Part shown: piece after piece, positions 1 to 12,731 of the stretch
How positions within the stretch are numbered: position 1 is the first letter of the stretch
How the letters are laid out: each line of letters begins with the position of its first letter
DNA from: Macrostomum lignano
Taxonomy: Eukaryota
DNA: 64,000 nt
Reading direction: 5' to 3'
Assembly (NCBI GenBank): GCA_002269645.1
Contig: NIVC01000516.1
Coordinates: forward strand, 372,001-436,000
Notes under the pieces: model-generated
The model's database searches: none
Told to the model about the DNA's origin: nothing
The model's input: only the letters and a program-made list of their open reading frames with translations
Translations under genes and position numbers: made by a program

Positions 1-3000
1 GTTACATATCGAGCTGAAACTTGACCAATAGTCGTTTCACGGTTGCAGTTTACTCTGTGTAAAGTTTCGTCAAGATCGGTGAAGCAGAAGTACCTGTACT
101 CGAATATCAATATGAATTTTGGAATCACATGTATTTTAAATGGAACACATCGAAAATCGCCCCTGCTCAGAGCCAAAGTTACATATCGAGCTGAAACTTG
201 ACCAATAGTCGTTTCACGGTTGCAGTTTACTCTGTGTAAAGTTTCGTCAAGATCGGTGAAGCAGAAGTACCTGTACTCGAATATCAATATGAATTTTGGA
301 ATCACATGTATTTTAAATGGAACACATCGAAAATCGCCCTGCTCAGAGCCAAAGTTACATATCGAGCTGAAACTTGACCAATAGTCGTTTCACGGTTGCA
401 GTTTACTCTGTGTAAAGTTTCGTCAAGATCGGTGAAGCAGAAGTACCTGTACTCGAATATCAATATGAATTTTGGAATCACATGTATTTTAAATGGAACA
501 CATCGAAAATCGCCCCTGCTCAGAGCCAAAGTTACATATCGAGCTGAAACTTGACCAATAGTCGTTTCACGGTTGCAGTTTACTCTGTGTAAAGTTTCGT
601 CAAGATCGGTGAAGCAGAAGTACCTGTACTCGAATATCAATATGAATTTTGGAATCACATGTATTTTAAATGGAACACATCGAAAATCGCCCCTGCTCAG
701 AGCCAAAGTTACATATCGAGCTGAAACTTGACCAATAGTCGTTTCACGGTTGCAGTTTACTCTGTGTAAAGTTTCGTCAAGATCGGTGAAGCAGAAGTAC
801 CTGTACTCGAATATCAATATGAATTTTGGAATCACATGTATTTTAAATGGAACACATCGAAAATCGCCCCTGCTCAGAGCCAAAGTTACATATCGAGCTG
901 AAACTTGACCAATAGTCGTTTCACGGTTGCAGTTTACTCTGTGTAAAGTTTCGTCAAGATCGGTGAAGCAGAAGTACCTGTACTCGAATATCAATATGAA
1001 TTTTGGAATCACATGTATTTTAAATGGAACACATCGAAAATCGCCCTGCTCAGAGCCAAAGTTACATATCGAGCTGAAACTTGACCAATAGTCGTTTCAC
1101 GGTTGCAGTTTACTCTGTGTAAAGTTTCGTCAAGATCGGTGAAGCAGAAGTACCTGTACTCGAATATCAATATGAATTTTGGAATCACATGTATTTTAAA
1201 TGGAACACATCGAAAATCGCCCCTGCTCAGAGCCAAAGTTACATATCGAGCTGAAACTTGACCAATAGTCGTTTCACGGTTGCAGTTTACTCTGTGTAAA
1301 GTTTCGTCAAGATCGGTGAAGCAGAAGTACCTGTACTCGAATATCAATATGAATTTTGGAATCACATGTATTTTAAATGGAACACATCGAAAATCGCCCT
1401 GCTCAGAGCCAAAGTTACATATCGAGCTGAAACTTGACCAATAGTCGTTTCACGGTTGCAGTTTACTCTGTGTAAAGTTTCGTCAAGATCGGTGAAGCAG
1501 AAGTACCTGTACTCGAATATCAATATGAATTTTGGAATCACATGTATTTTAAATGGAACACATCGAAAATCGCCCCTGCTCAGAGCCAAAGTTACATATC
1601 GAGCTGAAACTTGACCAATAGTCGTTTCACGGTTGCAGTTTACTCTGTGTAAAGTTTCGTCAAGATCGGTGAAGCAGAAGTACCTGTACTCGAATATCAA
1701 TATGAATTTTGGAATCACATGTATTTTAAATGGAACACATCGAAAATCGCCCCTGCTCAGAGCCAAAGTTACATATCGAGCTGAAACTTGACCAATAGTC
1801 GTTTCACGGTTGCAGTTTACTCTGTGTAAAGTTTCGTCAAGATCGGTGAAGCAGAAGTACCTGTACTCGAATATCAATATGAATTTTGGAATCACATGTA
1901 TTTTAAATGGAACACATCGAAAATCGCCCCTGCTCAGAGCCAAAGTTACATATCGAGCTGAAACTTGACCAATAGTCGTTTCACGGTTGCAGTTTACTCT
2001 GTGTAAAGTTTCGTCAAGATCGGTGAAGCAGAAGTACCTGTACTCGAATATCAATATGAATTTTGGAATCACATGTATTTTAAATGGAACACATCGAAAA
2101 TCGCCCTGCTCAGAGCCAAAGTTACATATCGAGCTGAAACTTGACCAATAGTCGTTTCACGGTTGCAGTTTACTCTGTGTAAAGTTTCGTCAAGATCGGT
2201 GAAGCAGAAGTACCTGTACTCGAATATCAATATGAATTTTGGAATCACATGTATTTTAAATGGAACACATCGAAAATCGCCCCTGCTCAGAGCCAAAGTT
2301 ACATATCGAGCTGAAACTTGACCAATAGTCGTTTCACGGTTGCAGTTTACTCTGTGTAAAGTTTCGTCAAGATCGGTGAAGCAGAAGTACCTGTACTCGA
2401 ATATCAATATGAATTTTGGAATCACATGTATTTTAAATGGAACACATCGAAAATCGCCCCTGCTCAGAGCCAAAGTTACATATCGAGCTGAAACTTGACC
2501 AATAGTCGTTTCACGGTTGCAGTTTACTCTGTGTAAAGTTTCGTCAAGATCGGTGAAGCAGAAGTACCTGTACTCGAATATCAATATGAATTTTGGAATC
2601 ACATGTATTTTAAATGGAACACATCGAAAATCGCCCTGCTCAGAGCCAAAGTTACATATCGAGCTGAAACTTGACCAATAGTCGTTTCACGGTTGCAGTT
2701 TACTCTGTGTAAAGTTTCGTCAAGATCGGTGAAGCAGAAGTACCTGTACTCGAATATCAATATGAATTTTGGAATCACATGTATTTTAAATGGAACACAT
2801 CGAAAATCGCCCCTGCTCAGAGCCAAAGTTACATATCGAGCTGAAACTTGACCAATAGTCGTTTCACGGTTGCAGTTTACTCTGTGTAAAGTTTCGTCAA
2901 GATCGGTGAAGCAGAAGTACCTGTACTCGAATATCAATATGAATTTTGGAATCACATGTATTTTAAATGGAACACATCGAAAATCGCCCCTGCTCAGAGC

Positions 3001-6000
3001 CAAAGTTACATATCGAGCTGAAACTTGACCAATAGTCGTTTCACGGTTGCAGTTTACTCTGTGTAAAGTTTCGTCAAGATCGGTGAAGCAGAAGTACCTG
3101 TACTCGAATATCAATATGAATTTTGGAATCACATGTATTTTAAATGGAACACATCGAAAATCGCCCCTGCTCAGAGCCAAAGTTACATATCGAGCTGAAA
3201 CTTGACCAATAGTCGTTTCACGGTTGCAGTTTACTCTGTGTAAAGTTTCGTCAAGATCGGTGAAGCAGAAGTACCTGTACTCGAATATCAATATGAATTT
3301 TGGAATCACATGTATTTTAAATGGAACACATCGAAAATCGCCCTGCTCAGAGCCAAAGTTACATATCGAGCTGAAACTTGACCAATAGTCGTTTCACGGT
3401 TGCAGTTTACTCTGTGTAAAGTTTCGTCAAGATCGGTGAAGCAGAAGTACCTGTACTCGAATATCAATATGAATTTTGGAATCACATGTATTTTAAATGG
3501 AACACATCGAAAATCGCCCCTGCTCAGAGCCAAAGTTACATATCGAGCTGAAACTTGACCAATAGTCGTTTCACGGTTGCAGTTTACTCTGTGTAAAGTT
3601 TCGTCAAGATCGGTGAAGCAGAAGTACCTGTACTCGAATATCAATATGAATTTTGGAATCACATGTATTTTAAATGGAACACATCGAAAATCGCCCCTGC
3701 TCAGAGCCAAAGTTACATATCGAGCTGAAACTTGACCAATAGTCGTTTCACGGTTGCAGTTTACTCTGTGTAAAGTTTCGTCAAGATCGGTGAAGCAGAA
3801 GTACCTGTACTCGAATATCAATATGAATTTTGGAATCACATGTATTTTAAATGGAACACATCGAAAATCGCCCCTGCTCAGAGCCAAAGTTACATATCGA
3901 GCTGAAACTTGACCAATAGTCGTTTCACGGTTGCAGTTTACTCTGTGTAAAGTTTCGTCAAGATCGGTGAAGCAGAAGTACCTGTACTCGAATATCAATA
4001 TGAATTTTGGAATCACATGTATTTTAAATGGAACACATCGAAAATCGCCCCTGCTCAGAGCCAAAGTTACATATCGAGCTGAAACTTGACCAATAGTCGT
4101 TTCACGGTTGCAGTTTACTCTGTGTAAAGTTTCGTCAAGATCGGTGAAGCAGAAGTACCTGTACTCGAATATCAATATGAATTTTGGAATCACATGTATT
4201 TTAAATGGAACACATCGAAAATCGCCCCTGCTCAGAGCCAAAGTTACATATCGAGCTGAAACTTGACCAATAGTCGTTTCACGGTTGCAGTTTACTCTGT
4301 GTAAAGTTTCGTCAAGATCGGTGAAGCAGAAGTACCTGTACTCGAATATCAATATGAATTTTGGAATCACATGTATTTTAAATGGAACACATCGAAAATC
4401 GCCCCTGCTCAGAGCCAAAGTTACATATCGAGCTGAAACTTGACCAATAGTCGTTTCACGGTTGCAGTTTACTCTGTGTAAAGTTTCGTCAAGATCGGTG
4501 AAGCAGAAGTACCTGTACTCGAATATCAATATGAATTTTGGAATCACATGTATTTTAAATGGAACACATCGAAAATCGCCCCTGCTCAGAGCCAAAGTTA
4601 CATATCGAGCTGAAACTTGACCAATAGTCGTTTCACGGTTGCAGTTTACTCTGTGTAAAGTTTCGTCAAGATCGGTGAAGCAGAAGTACCTGTACTCGAA
4701 TATCAATATGAATTTTGGAATCACATGTATTTTAAATGGAACACATCGAAAATCGCCCCTGCTCAGAGCCAAAGTTACATATCGAGCTGAAACTTGACCA
4801 ATAGTCGTTTCACGGTTGCAGTTTACTCTGTGTAAAGTTTCGTCAAGATCGGTGAAGCAGAAGTACCTGTACTCGAATATCAATATGAATTTTGGAATCA
4901 CATGTATTTTAAATGGAACACATCGAAAATCGCCCCTGCTCAGAGCCAAAGTTACATATCGAGCTGAAACTTGACCAATAGTCGTTTCACGGTTGCAGTT
5001 TACTCTGTGTAAAGTTTCGTCAAGATCGGTGAAGCAGAAGTACCTGTACTCGAATATCAATATGAATTTTGGAATCACATGTATTTTAAATGGAACACAT
5101 CGAAAATCGCCCCTGCTCAGAGCCAAAGTTACATATCGAGCTGAAACTTGACCAATAGTCGTTTCACGGTTGCAGTTTACTCTGTGTAAAGTTTCGTCAA
5201 GATCGGTGAAGCAGAAGTACCTGTACTCGAATATCAATATGAATTTTGGAATCACATGTATTTTAAATGGAACACATCGAAAATCGCCCCTGCTCAGAGC
5301 CAAAGTTACATATCGAGCTGAAACTTGACCAATAGTCGTTTCACGGTTGCAGTTTACTCTGTGTAAAGTTTCGTCAAGATCGGTGAAGCAGAAGTACCTG
5401 TACTCGAATATCAATATGAATTTTGGAATCACATGTATTTTAAATGGAACACATCGAAAATCGCCCCTGCTCAGAGCCAAAGTTACATATCGAGCTGAAA
5501 CTTGACCAATAGTCGTTTCACGGTTGCAGTTTACTCTGTGTAAAGTTTCGTCAAGATCGGTGAAGCAGAAGTACCTGTACTCGAATATCAATATGAATTT
5601 TGGAATCACATGTATTTTAAATGGAACACATCGAAAATCGCCCTGCTCAGAGCCAAAGTTACATATCGAGCTGAAACTTGACCAATAGTCGTTTCACGGT
5701 TGCAGTTTACTCTGTGTAAAGTTTCGTCAAGATCGGTGAAGCAGAAGTACCTGTACTCGAATATCAATATGAATTTTGGAATCACATGTATTTTAAATGG
5801 AACACATCGAAAATCGCCCCTGCTCAGAGCCAAAGTTACATATCGAGCTGAAACTTGACCAATAGTCGTTTCACGGTTGCAGTTTACTCTGTGTAAAGTT
5901 TCGTCAAGATCGGTGAAGCAGAAGTACCTGTACTCGAATATCAATATGAATTTTGGAATCACATGTATTTTAAATGGAACACATCGAAAATCGCCCCTGC

Positions 6001-6432
6001 TCAGAGCCAAAGTTACATATCGAGCTGAAACTTGACCAATAGTCGTTTCACGGTTGCAGTTTACTCTGTGTAAAGTTTCGTCAAGATCGGTGAAGCAGAA
6101 GTACCTGTACTCGAATATCAATATGAATTTTGGAATCACATGTATTTTAAATGGAACACATCGAAAATCGCCCTGCTCAGAGCCAAAGTTACATATCGAG
6201 CTGAAACTTGACCAATAGTCGTTTCACGGTTGCAGTTTACTCTGTGTAAAGTTTCGTCAAGATCGGTGAAGCAGAAGTACCTGTACTCGAATATCAATAT
6301 GAATTTTGGAATCACATGTATTTTAAATGGAACACATCGAAAATCGCCCCTGCTCAGAGCCAAAGTTACATATCGAGCTGAAACTTGACCAATAGTCGTT
6401 TCACGGTTGCAGTTTACTCTGTGTAAAGTTTC
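1..6432. repeat. 177-bp tandem satellite DNA, ~36 monomers visible, continuing off the left edge
   Basis: Unit gttacatatcgagctgaaac...ctcagagccaaa recurs every 177 bp. The only variation I saw is CCCC vs CCC in aatcgcccctg (176-bp monomers). The array ends at ...gtgtaaagtttc|atgctacg. Confidence 0.99.
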
Positions 6433-9400
6433 ATGCTACGGGTTGCTTTTAGTATTTTGCTTTTGTTAAAATTTGAATATCAATGCGAATATCAATGGGG
6501 AAACAAATGCGTACGTGGGCCTTTATCGTGTTGTGTTGTCCCTTTCTTCGAATCTTGAATTTATATGTGGTAAATTTATATCGCGTTATTAAATGAATGC
6601 ATAACATAGACTTTGTTAAAAACTTATGGCTATAGACTAAATTACTAAAAATGTTATTTCAAGTAATTATTATCTAGGCCTACTTGTCTTTCCTAGGACG
6701 TAGGTTTCGCGTTTCGGTTGTAGGTCTTTTAGCCTACTGAGCTCACTATCAGTTCCTGTAGACTTATTTAAGTGTTGCATCGTTAAGAAAAAAACTTGAT
6801 AATCACGTACTAGAGCTATAGTAGCCATCGAATGGTTTAAGATTTGGATTAGACAAAATGCAAAAAAATATAACATTTTAATTTAGCAGTTTAATCTACC
6901 ATCTAGGCTAGGCCTCGGGCCTAGTTAGTAATAATCGGTTCACTGAAGATCTACTATATTGAGATTTGTTTGTTTCGTTTGGTAAATATGTCTAAAACTA
7001 GGCCTAAGACAAAGCAGCCTAAACTTTTAGTGTTTTATATGCATTAACTTTGTTAAATTTGGCAAATACTAAAAAAGTAGAACTTTGGCTAGGCCCTAGG
7101 ATACTAACAATCATTTGAGTGATATAAAGTTGGTAAAAATTAATTTACTAACAAGGTTAATATACCATCTGTTATTATGCTTATATACTCATTAACTCAT
7201 AGCCATAACTTATATTATAGTTATATTATACTATCAATCAATCACAAAAAATAATAGAAATTTTTGTCATAAACTTGGGTTGGCAGTTCAAATAAATATA
7301 ATATTTTTAATAATATCTTATTAGCCATGACATAGGCATAAAAATCTTAGTATTGGTATATAATTTTTTAAACAGTTGATTTTTATTCTAGCATGTATAA
7401 ATACTAATTATAATTCTTTTTAAAATTCTAATAAGTTTTAAAGATTTTACTAATTTATCAAACTTTAGAGATTTAATATAGTTAGATAAGCCTTTTTAAT
7501 AATGTGGTAATATGAACTGATTAATTAGGGCCTAATTATGTTTCATATCTTTACCTATAAAAAAGAAAACTCTGTTAGTGTATGTCTGTTTTTTACTATT
7601 ATAATATATAAAACCATGGCTAGCAAATTAGTATATAGTAAGAAATCAAGACAAGTATCTCATGTTAGAGCTGTTAGAAATTGAGATTTGGACCAAGATA
7701 AGATTCGAGATGAGAAAGTCTGAAGTTAAGAAATTTTGAGACAAGACAAGATTAAAAATAAATTTGAAAAAATATAATATATCTCATTACAACAAATATA
7801 CCATAGGATCAGCAGATCCTTTGAGTCTGCTGCCAAATCACCTTGTTGTGGAACTAAAACAATAACAAAAATGTATTAGTACAAGTTTGTATATTAGCAT
7901 TTATAACAATGTTTACATTTATTATGATGATACTAGGTAAACACTTAAAATCTGGACTTTCCAAGTTTAGGCCATAGACAGCAGCTGCTAGCTGCTATGA
8001 AGCCAGAAACTTACTGAGATGCTCTCACACTCACTAGCTATCAGTTCTGCAACAGCAAAACTAGTAGCTCAAACCCTAACAGGCCATGCAGTCACATAAC
8101 AAAAAACAGTGCAGACGCCTGGTCATATAGTACAAAACTAAGTACCCTGGACAGAGCAACCATGCCATTGCTAAGTACTTTGCTGAGGTTAGGTTGGCAT
8201 ACTCCACAGTCTACGCCATTCTGAATCATTACAAAGAAGGCAAGGTCAGGTCGCAGATTCGCAGGGTACACACTAATGGCTTTTAATTGGCTTATTGTTA
8301 ACTCTATGATGATTCCTATTTCTTGTTGAATATTTCCCTGTTAAAAAGTTTGGTTATCCTGTTTATAACCCCACAAAATATAAACATTTAGAGACATCCA
8401 GATTTTAAGTGTTCACCTAGTATAAAACTGCTCAACTAACCTAACCTATCATAGAATTTATCAATTTGAAAATTGTCTTGCTGAAATATTCAAACAAAAA
8501 GCACAGGTTCAACAATAGTATTTAGGTGTTTTGAAGAAAATATTTGCCCTTTCACATATTTTCTTAATCAAAAATTTCATTTTTAGCAATCTTCTCAATT
8601 TTCTTGAATCTCATCTCAATTTTTTTTTACAAAAGTCCAGATTTCTTGAGACAAGAAATAATGTCAAGATCTTGTCTCAAATCTCGTATCATCGAAGTCT
8701 TGTGACACCTCTATCTCATGTGACTTACTAGGCTTGCCTTTTGCTGCTTACAAATACTAAGCATGGCTTCAAATTAAGCTATTTAGCATATCATCAGATG
8801 GCAAACCTTCAAATAGTCCATGCTTGTTTAAGTGAAAAATGCGCTTACTATTGGCACAGTACACTTTTGCCCCCACAGTGAAAGCCAGTTGAAATAAATC
8901 AAATGTTAAACATGAGACATTAACAAAGAGTGAAAATTATAAATGTACTCATATGCTATATGCTGGAAATGTGTGGCAACATATGCTCCTAGCTAATATC
9001 ACAAACATGCTTGGGGACCAGTTTATACATGTGGACTATTAGAGCATCCTCTAGCTTGCAGTAATAGTCATCATTATCTAGAAGGTCCTCAAGGCTTTGA
9101 GGCATCATTTCTGGATATCAGCCTCCTAGTCAGTAAGTATACTGTTGCAGCCAGTTGCCATTTCTAAGTACACTCATAATGCAACAACTGCGACCATCAT
9201 GGCAGAGCCGTCAACCCACTACTGTGTAGCACAAAGCCACAAACACCATCTTAGTATTGGTATATTTGGCAAAACCATCAACTGTAAGGCAACACGCTCT
9301 ATTAGCTACCATGAGTTGTTGATAACCTCACTAATCATTGGGATTGCTAACTGCAAAAAGTAAGCACATCACTAGTGTATGATCAAAAGACCTTATGGGA

Positions 9401-10793
9401 AATATAAGCAGGACAGATTGCATAGCATTGTCCCAAAATTTACCTTGCCCCAGGTTATGTGCCCTGTTAAGCAGATGGCTAGCACACACTGATGGCATGG
9501 TTTTATTTGGCCCATTGACAAAGTCAGAATACTTCTCAATACTTCTTGTTGCTAGGCATGCTAATCAAATTAAGATGCAGTGCTCCGCATTTACACTGGG
9601 ATAAGGCAGAGTCACTAGCGATGCTGTCATTAACAGTTGCATCTAATAAATAATCATTATTGCCTTGATAGACATAATCACCATTGCAATAGTCGAGATA
9701 AGCAGACCAGTACTCTTTTTACCAAAATCTGTAGCATAATTGGCCAAGTTGCACTTGAACGAGGTGTTGTAGAGGTTGCTAGACAACAAGCTACATTGAT
9801 ACTCTTTTTCCATAGCTACTAGTTAATCACAGGTACACAAATAGGGAAAGCAAACATATAATGCACAAAGAAATCAGGGCATAAAATGCGCTGATTATTG
9901 GAGGTAAAATAGCAATAGAGAAAAAAGCAGAAGCTAGCAGTTCCCTCATAGAATGACAGGTTAAGCAGAAAAAGTTACATGAAAAAAAACAAGGCACAGT
10001 AAGTTCTTTGGGTCTAGGAGTAAAACTTTTCATCTGCACTTTGAGCTGGCTCCCTAAGTATATATCATACTTTGGCATGTACTGCGCCAGATAACTTTTA
10101 GCTATCTGACCAGTTTAGTGTACCCAGTCTAGTTTAAATTGCCAATGGGGGCCATGCCAGCATCAATGCCAGCATTGTCAGGCATTGTGGCAGCTGGCCC
10201 ACAGCTTTATTGGTCATTTGTGCCTGCACATTTAGGGCATTATCAATGGTAATGGTATTCACTTTGTCACAAGCCTGTTGCTGCTTGCATGCCATCTGTT
10301 GATTGACACCTGACTTCTAAGCAGCCTTGATTAACTCAGCAGTTTGCATTCAATGGTCCTCTAACAAGTCTTGTGTTACCTGGCCATGCACCTCACGTAA
10401 CAACAGATCTAGCTAGATTAAGCTGCCAAGGCCAAAATCAAGATTGTAGGGTTTAACCCTAGTCTATTAAGTCTATTACCTTTTTAATATCAGGATGCTA
10501 GGTTTTTTAATAGATGTAGAATAAAAACAATTTGAAACTTTTCATTAAACATAGCTAGGGCCCATTTTTCAATTCCATTTCATAATCATTTTTCATATTT
10601 ATTTCATTTTTATACTCTCAAAAGGCAATTGTGTTTATTATATCATTTGAATTTTTAACTTTACTGACATAAAAATAATTAAAACTAAACCCTTTGCAGA
10701 GCAGACTAGCTTGTTTGGTAAAAACTAAATGATGCTTTCTAATCTTAAATTGGAATTTTGTTAGTTATGAAATACAATTGTTGCTAAACAGCC

Positions 10794-10868
10794 ATGTTCT
10801 CTAGTTCTGAAGGAAAGAAAGTTTCAATACTGCTGCTTGATGGTAGCACTGTGTCAATATTTGTTAGG
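10794..10868 (+). CDS. FRMD4: FRMD4-like gene, coding exon 1 (start of FERM F1)
   Basis: gccATG start; MFSSSEGKKVSILLLDGSTVSIFVR followed by gtaagt, phase 0. Aligns by eye to FRMD4A EGRRCQVHLLDDRKLELLVQ, with the same intron position before PKL. Confidence 0.8.
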
Positions 10869-11029
10869 GTAAGTTGCGCCTTGGATTTTGCTTTATTGTA
10901 GACATTCAATCATTTATGGTCACTTACCTGTTAGCCCTGTTAGCCTGCAAATGTAAAAAGGGCTGAGTTTTTGAGATTCGAACTTATGATGTGACTGACA
11001 AGACTTTTTGACAATGTAAAATTTCGAGC

Positions 11030-11263
11030 CTATAAAATTTCGAGCTTGTGTACGGCTGTTCAGTCCAAGTGCTGGAGGGTCGCCACACACACACTCAATT
11101 ACCCCAGCTAATGCTGGCACCCACCTTACAGCAGGGTGAACTGCAGCAATGCAGAGTTTAATTGTCTTGCTCAAGGACACAAATTGTTCCGAGTGGATCG
11201 GGAATCGAACCCCCGACCTTCCAGTCGTGAGTCCGACGCTCCAAGCACTAGGCTGAAACTCCC
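11030..11263 (-). mobile_element. tRNA-headed SINE, family A copy 1
   Basis: Minus strand: A-box-like tagtgcttgg, B box ggttcgattcc (11201-11211), then a CORE-like gtgtccttgagcaagac...caccctgctgtaaggtggg. The acceptor and anticodon stems do not pair. Near-identical to 24659-24823. Confidence 0.75.
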
Positions 11264-11332
11264 TATAGCTTAATCGAGGATTAAACCACTCAACTTTAAT
11301 TTTATCATTTTTTAAACATCAAATCCTAACAG

Positions 11333-11718
11333 CCCAAACTGGTTGCCAGCGAACTACTGGACCTTGTCTGCTCCCAGCTGATGCTGCAAGATAGGCGCTG
11401 CTTTGGCCTCTGCTTCCAGCAGCAGCAACAGCAATCTTCCCTATCTAGCACAGCTAGCAATAACCTGTGCTGGCTGCCCCGTCCACTCCGAGTGCTGGAC
11501 TGCGAAGCTTGCAAACGAAGCGACGCGCCAGTGTTAGAATTTCGCGTTAAACATTTCCCGCCAAGCCTGGTCGAGCTGTCAGACAGGCGGCTTAGCGAGC
11601 TGTTCTATCTGCAGTGCCGACAGTTAATTTATAACGACGATCTGCTGTGCGACAGCGATGCACAGGTGTTTCAACTAGCCGCTCTGGTGCTGCTGGCCGA
11701 GCACGGCGACTTTGTTAA
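11333..11718 (+). CDS. FRMD4: FRMD4-like exon 2 (FERM F1-F2)
   Basis: ctaacag|PKLVASELLDLVCSQLMLQDRRCFGLCF...LCWL..RVL...VLEFRVKHF...ELFYLQCRQLIY..LLCDSDAQVFQLAALVLLAEHGDF, ending AA|gtgag. Matches FRMD4 PKLLAKELLDLV...LQEAKGDF. Confidence 0.93.
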
Positions 11719-11819
11719 GTGAGCAATATTTATTTATTGTGTTATTAATATTATTGTGTCCACGTTTCGTGCGCATGGATTTTAATTGAATTATCCGATT
11801 CTATTTTTTGCCTAAATAG

Positions 11820-11903
11820 CAATACCACTGCCATTGCCGATCTGAGGCAGCACTGTCTGTTCCCCGTCAGCCTGCTGCAGCGGCACCCGTCGCTTGAGTA
11901 CTG
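11820..11903 (+). CDS. FRMD4: FRMD4-like exon 3
   Basis: tag|C...NTTAIADLRQHCLFPVSLLQRHPSLEY-TG|gtgagt. Matches FRMD4 LKEHPSLAYC. Phase 2 in and out, consistent with neighbouring exons. Confidence 0.9.
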
Positions 11904-11944
11904 GTGAGTGGCCTGGCACAGACTTTACCCTGCCGGACATGCTG

Positions 11945-12620
11945 AGAGAGACAGACAGACACTAGGGAGACAGGCAGACACTAGATAGAGACAGACAGAC
12001 ATTAGATAGAGACAGACAGACATTAGATAGAGACAGGCAGACACTAGAGAGAGACAGACAGACACTAGAGAGAGACAGACAGACACTAGAGAGAGACAGA
12101 CAGACATAGTTAGAGACAGGCAGAAACTAGAGAGAGACAGACAGACATTAGATAGAGACAGGCAGACACTAGAGAGAGACAGACAGACATTAGAGAGAGA
12201 CAGGCAAGGACTAGAGAGAGACAGACAGACATTAGATAGAAACAGGCAGACACTAGAGAGAGACAGACAGACATTAGATAGAAACAGGCAGACACTAGAG
12301 AGAGACAGACAGACATTAGATAGAAACAGGCAGACACTAGAGAGAGACAGACAGACATTAGATAGAAACAGGCAGACACTAGAGAGAGAGAGAGAGACAG
12401 ACATTAGATAGAAACAGGCAGACACTAGAGAGAGACAGACAGACATTAGATAGAAGCAGGCAGACACTAGAGAGAGACAGACAGACATTAGATAGAAACA
12501 GGCAGACACTAGAGAGAGACAGACAGACATTAGATAGAAACAGGCAGACACTAGAGAGAGACAGACAGACATTAGATAGAAACAGGCAGACACTAGAGAG
12601 AGACAGACAGACACTAACAG
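11945..12620. repeat. Intronic 42-bp GACA/GA-rich minisatellite
   Basis: Unit attagatagaaacaggcagacactagagagagacagacagac. Confidence 0.95.
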
Positions 12621-12731
12621 ACACACGCCAGAGTTCAGACACACCGGACAGCAGTCCCACCCGAACCAGGGCCTGCAGACGAGACCAGCGACGCCAAACC
12701 TCGCCCGCCACCCCCTCCACCCGATCCACAG

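Noticed and set aside
302-6363. Series of 59-aa-repeat ORFs (up to 767 aa) treated as genes
   Set aside because: They result from a 177-bp (3n) satellite with one stop-free frame. They have no unique N- or C-terminus and break at 1-bp indels.
8150-8280. Tc1/mariner HTH-like peptide AIAKYFAEVRLAYSTVYAILNHYKEG
   Set aside because: Too short, with no DDE domain or clear terminal inverted repeats to support a call.
7665-8713. hAT-like MITE bounded by TAGAG(C/G)TGT termini
   Set aside because: The inverted similarity is patchy and I could not confirm an 8-bp target-site duplication.
12612-12731. Upstream acceptors for FRMD4 exon 4 (e.g. ctaacag at 12620)
   Set aside because: Those I checked are followed by A, giving TG+A = TGA at the phase-2 junction. 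The acceptor at 12731 gives Cys, as in FRMD4.
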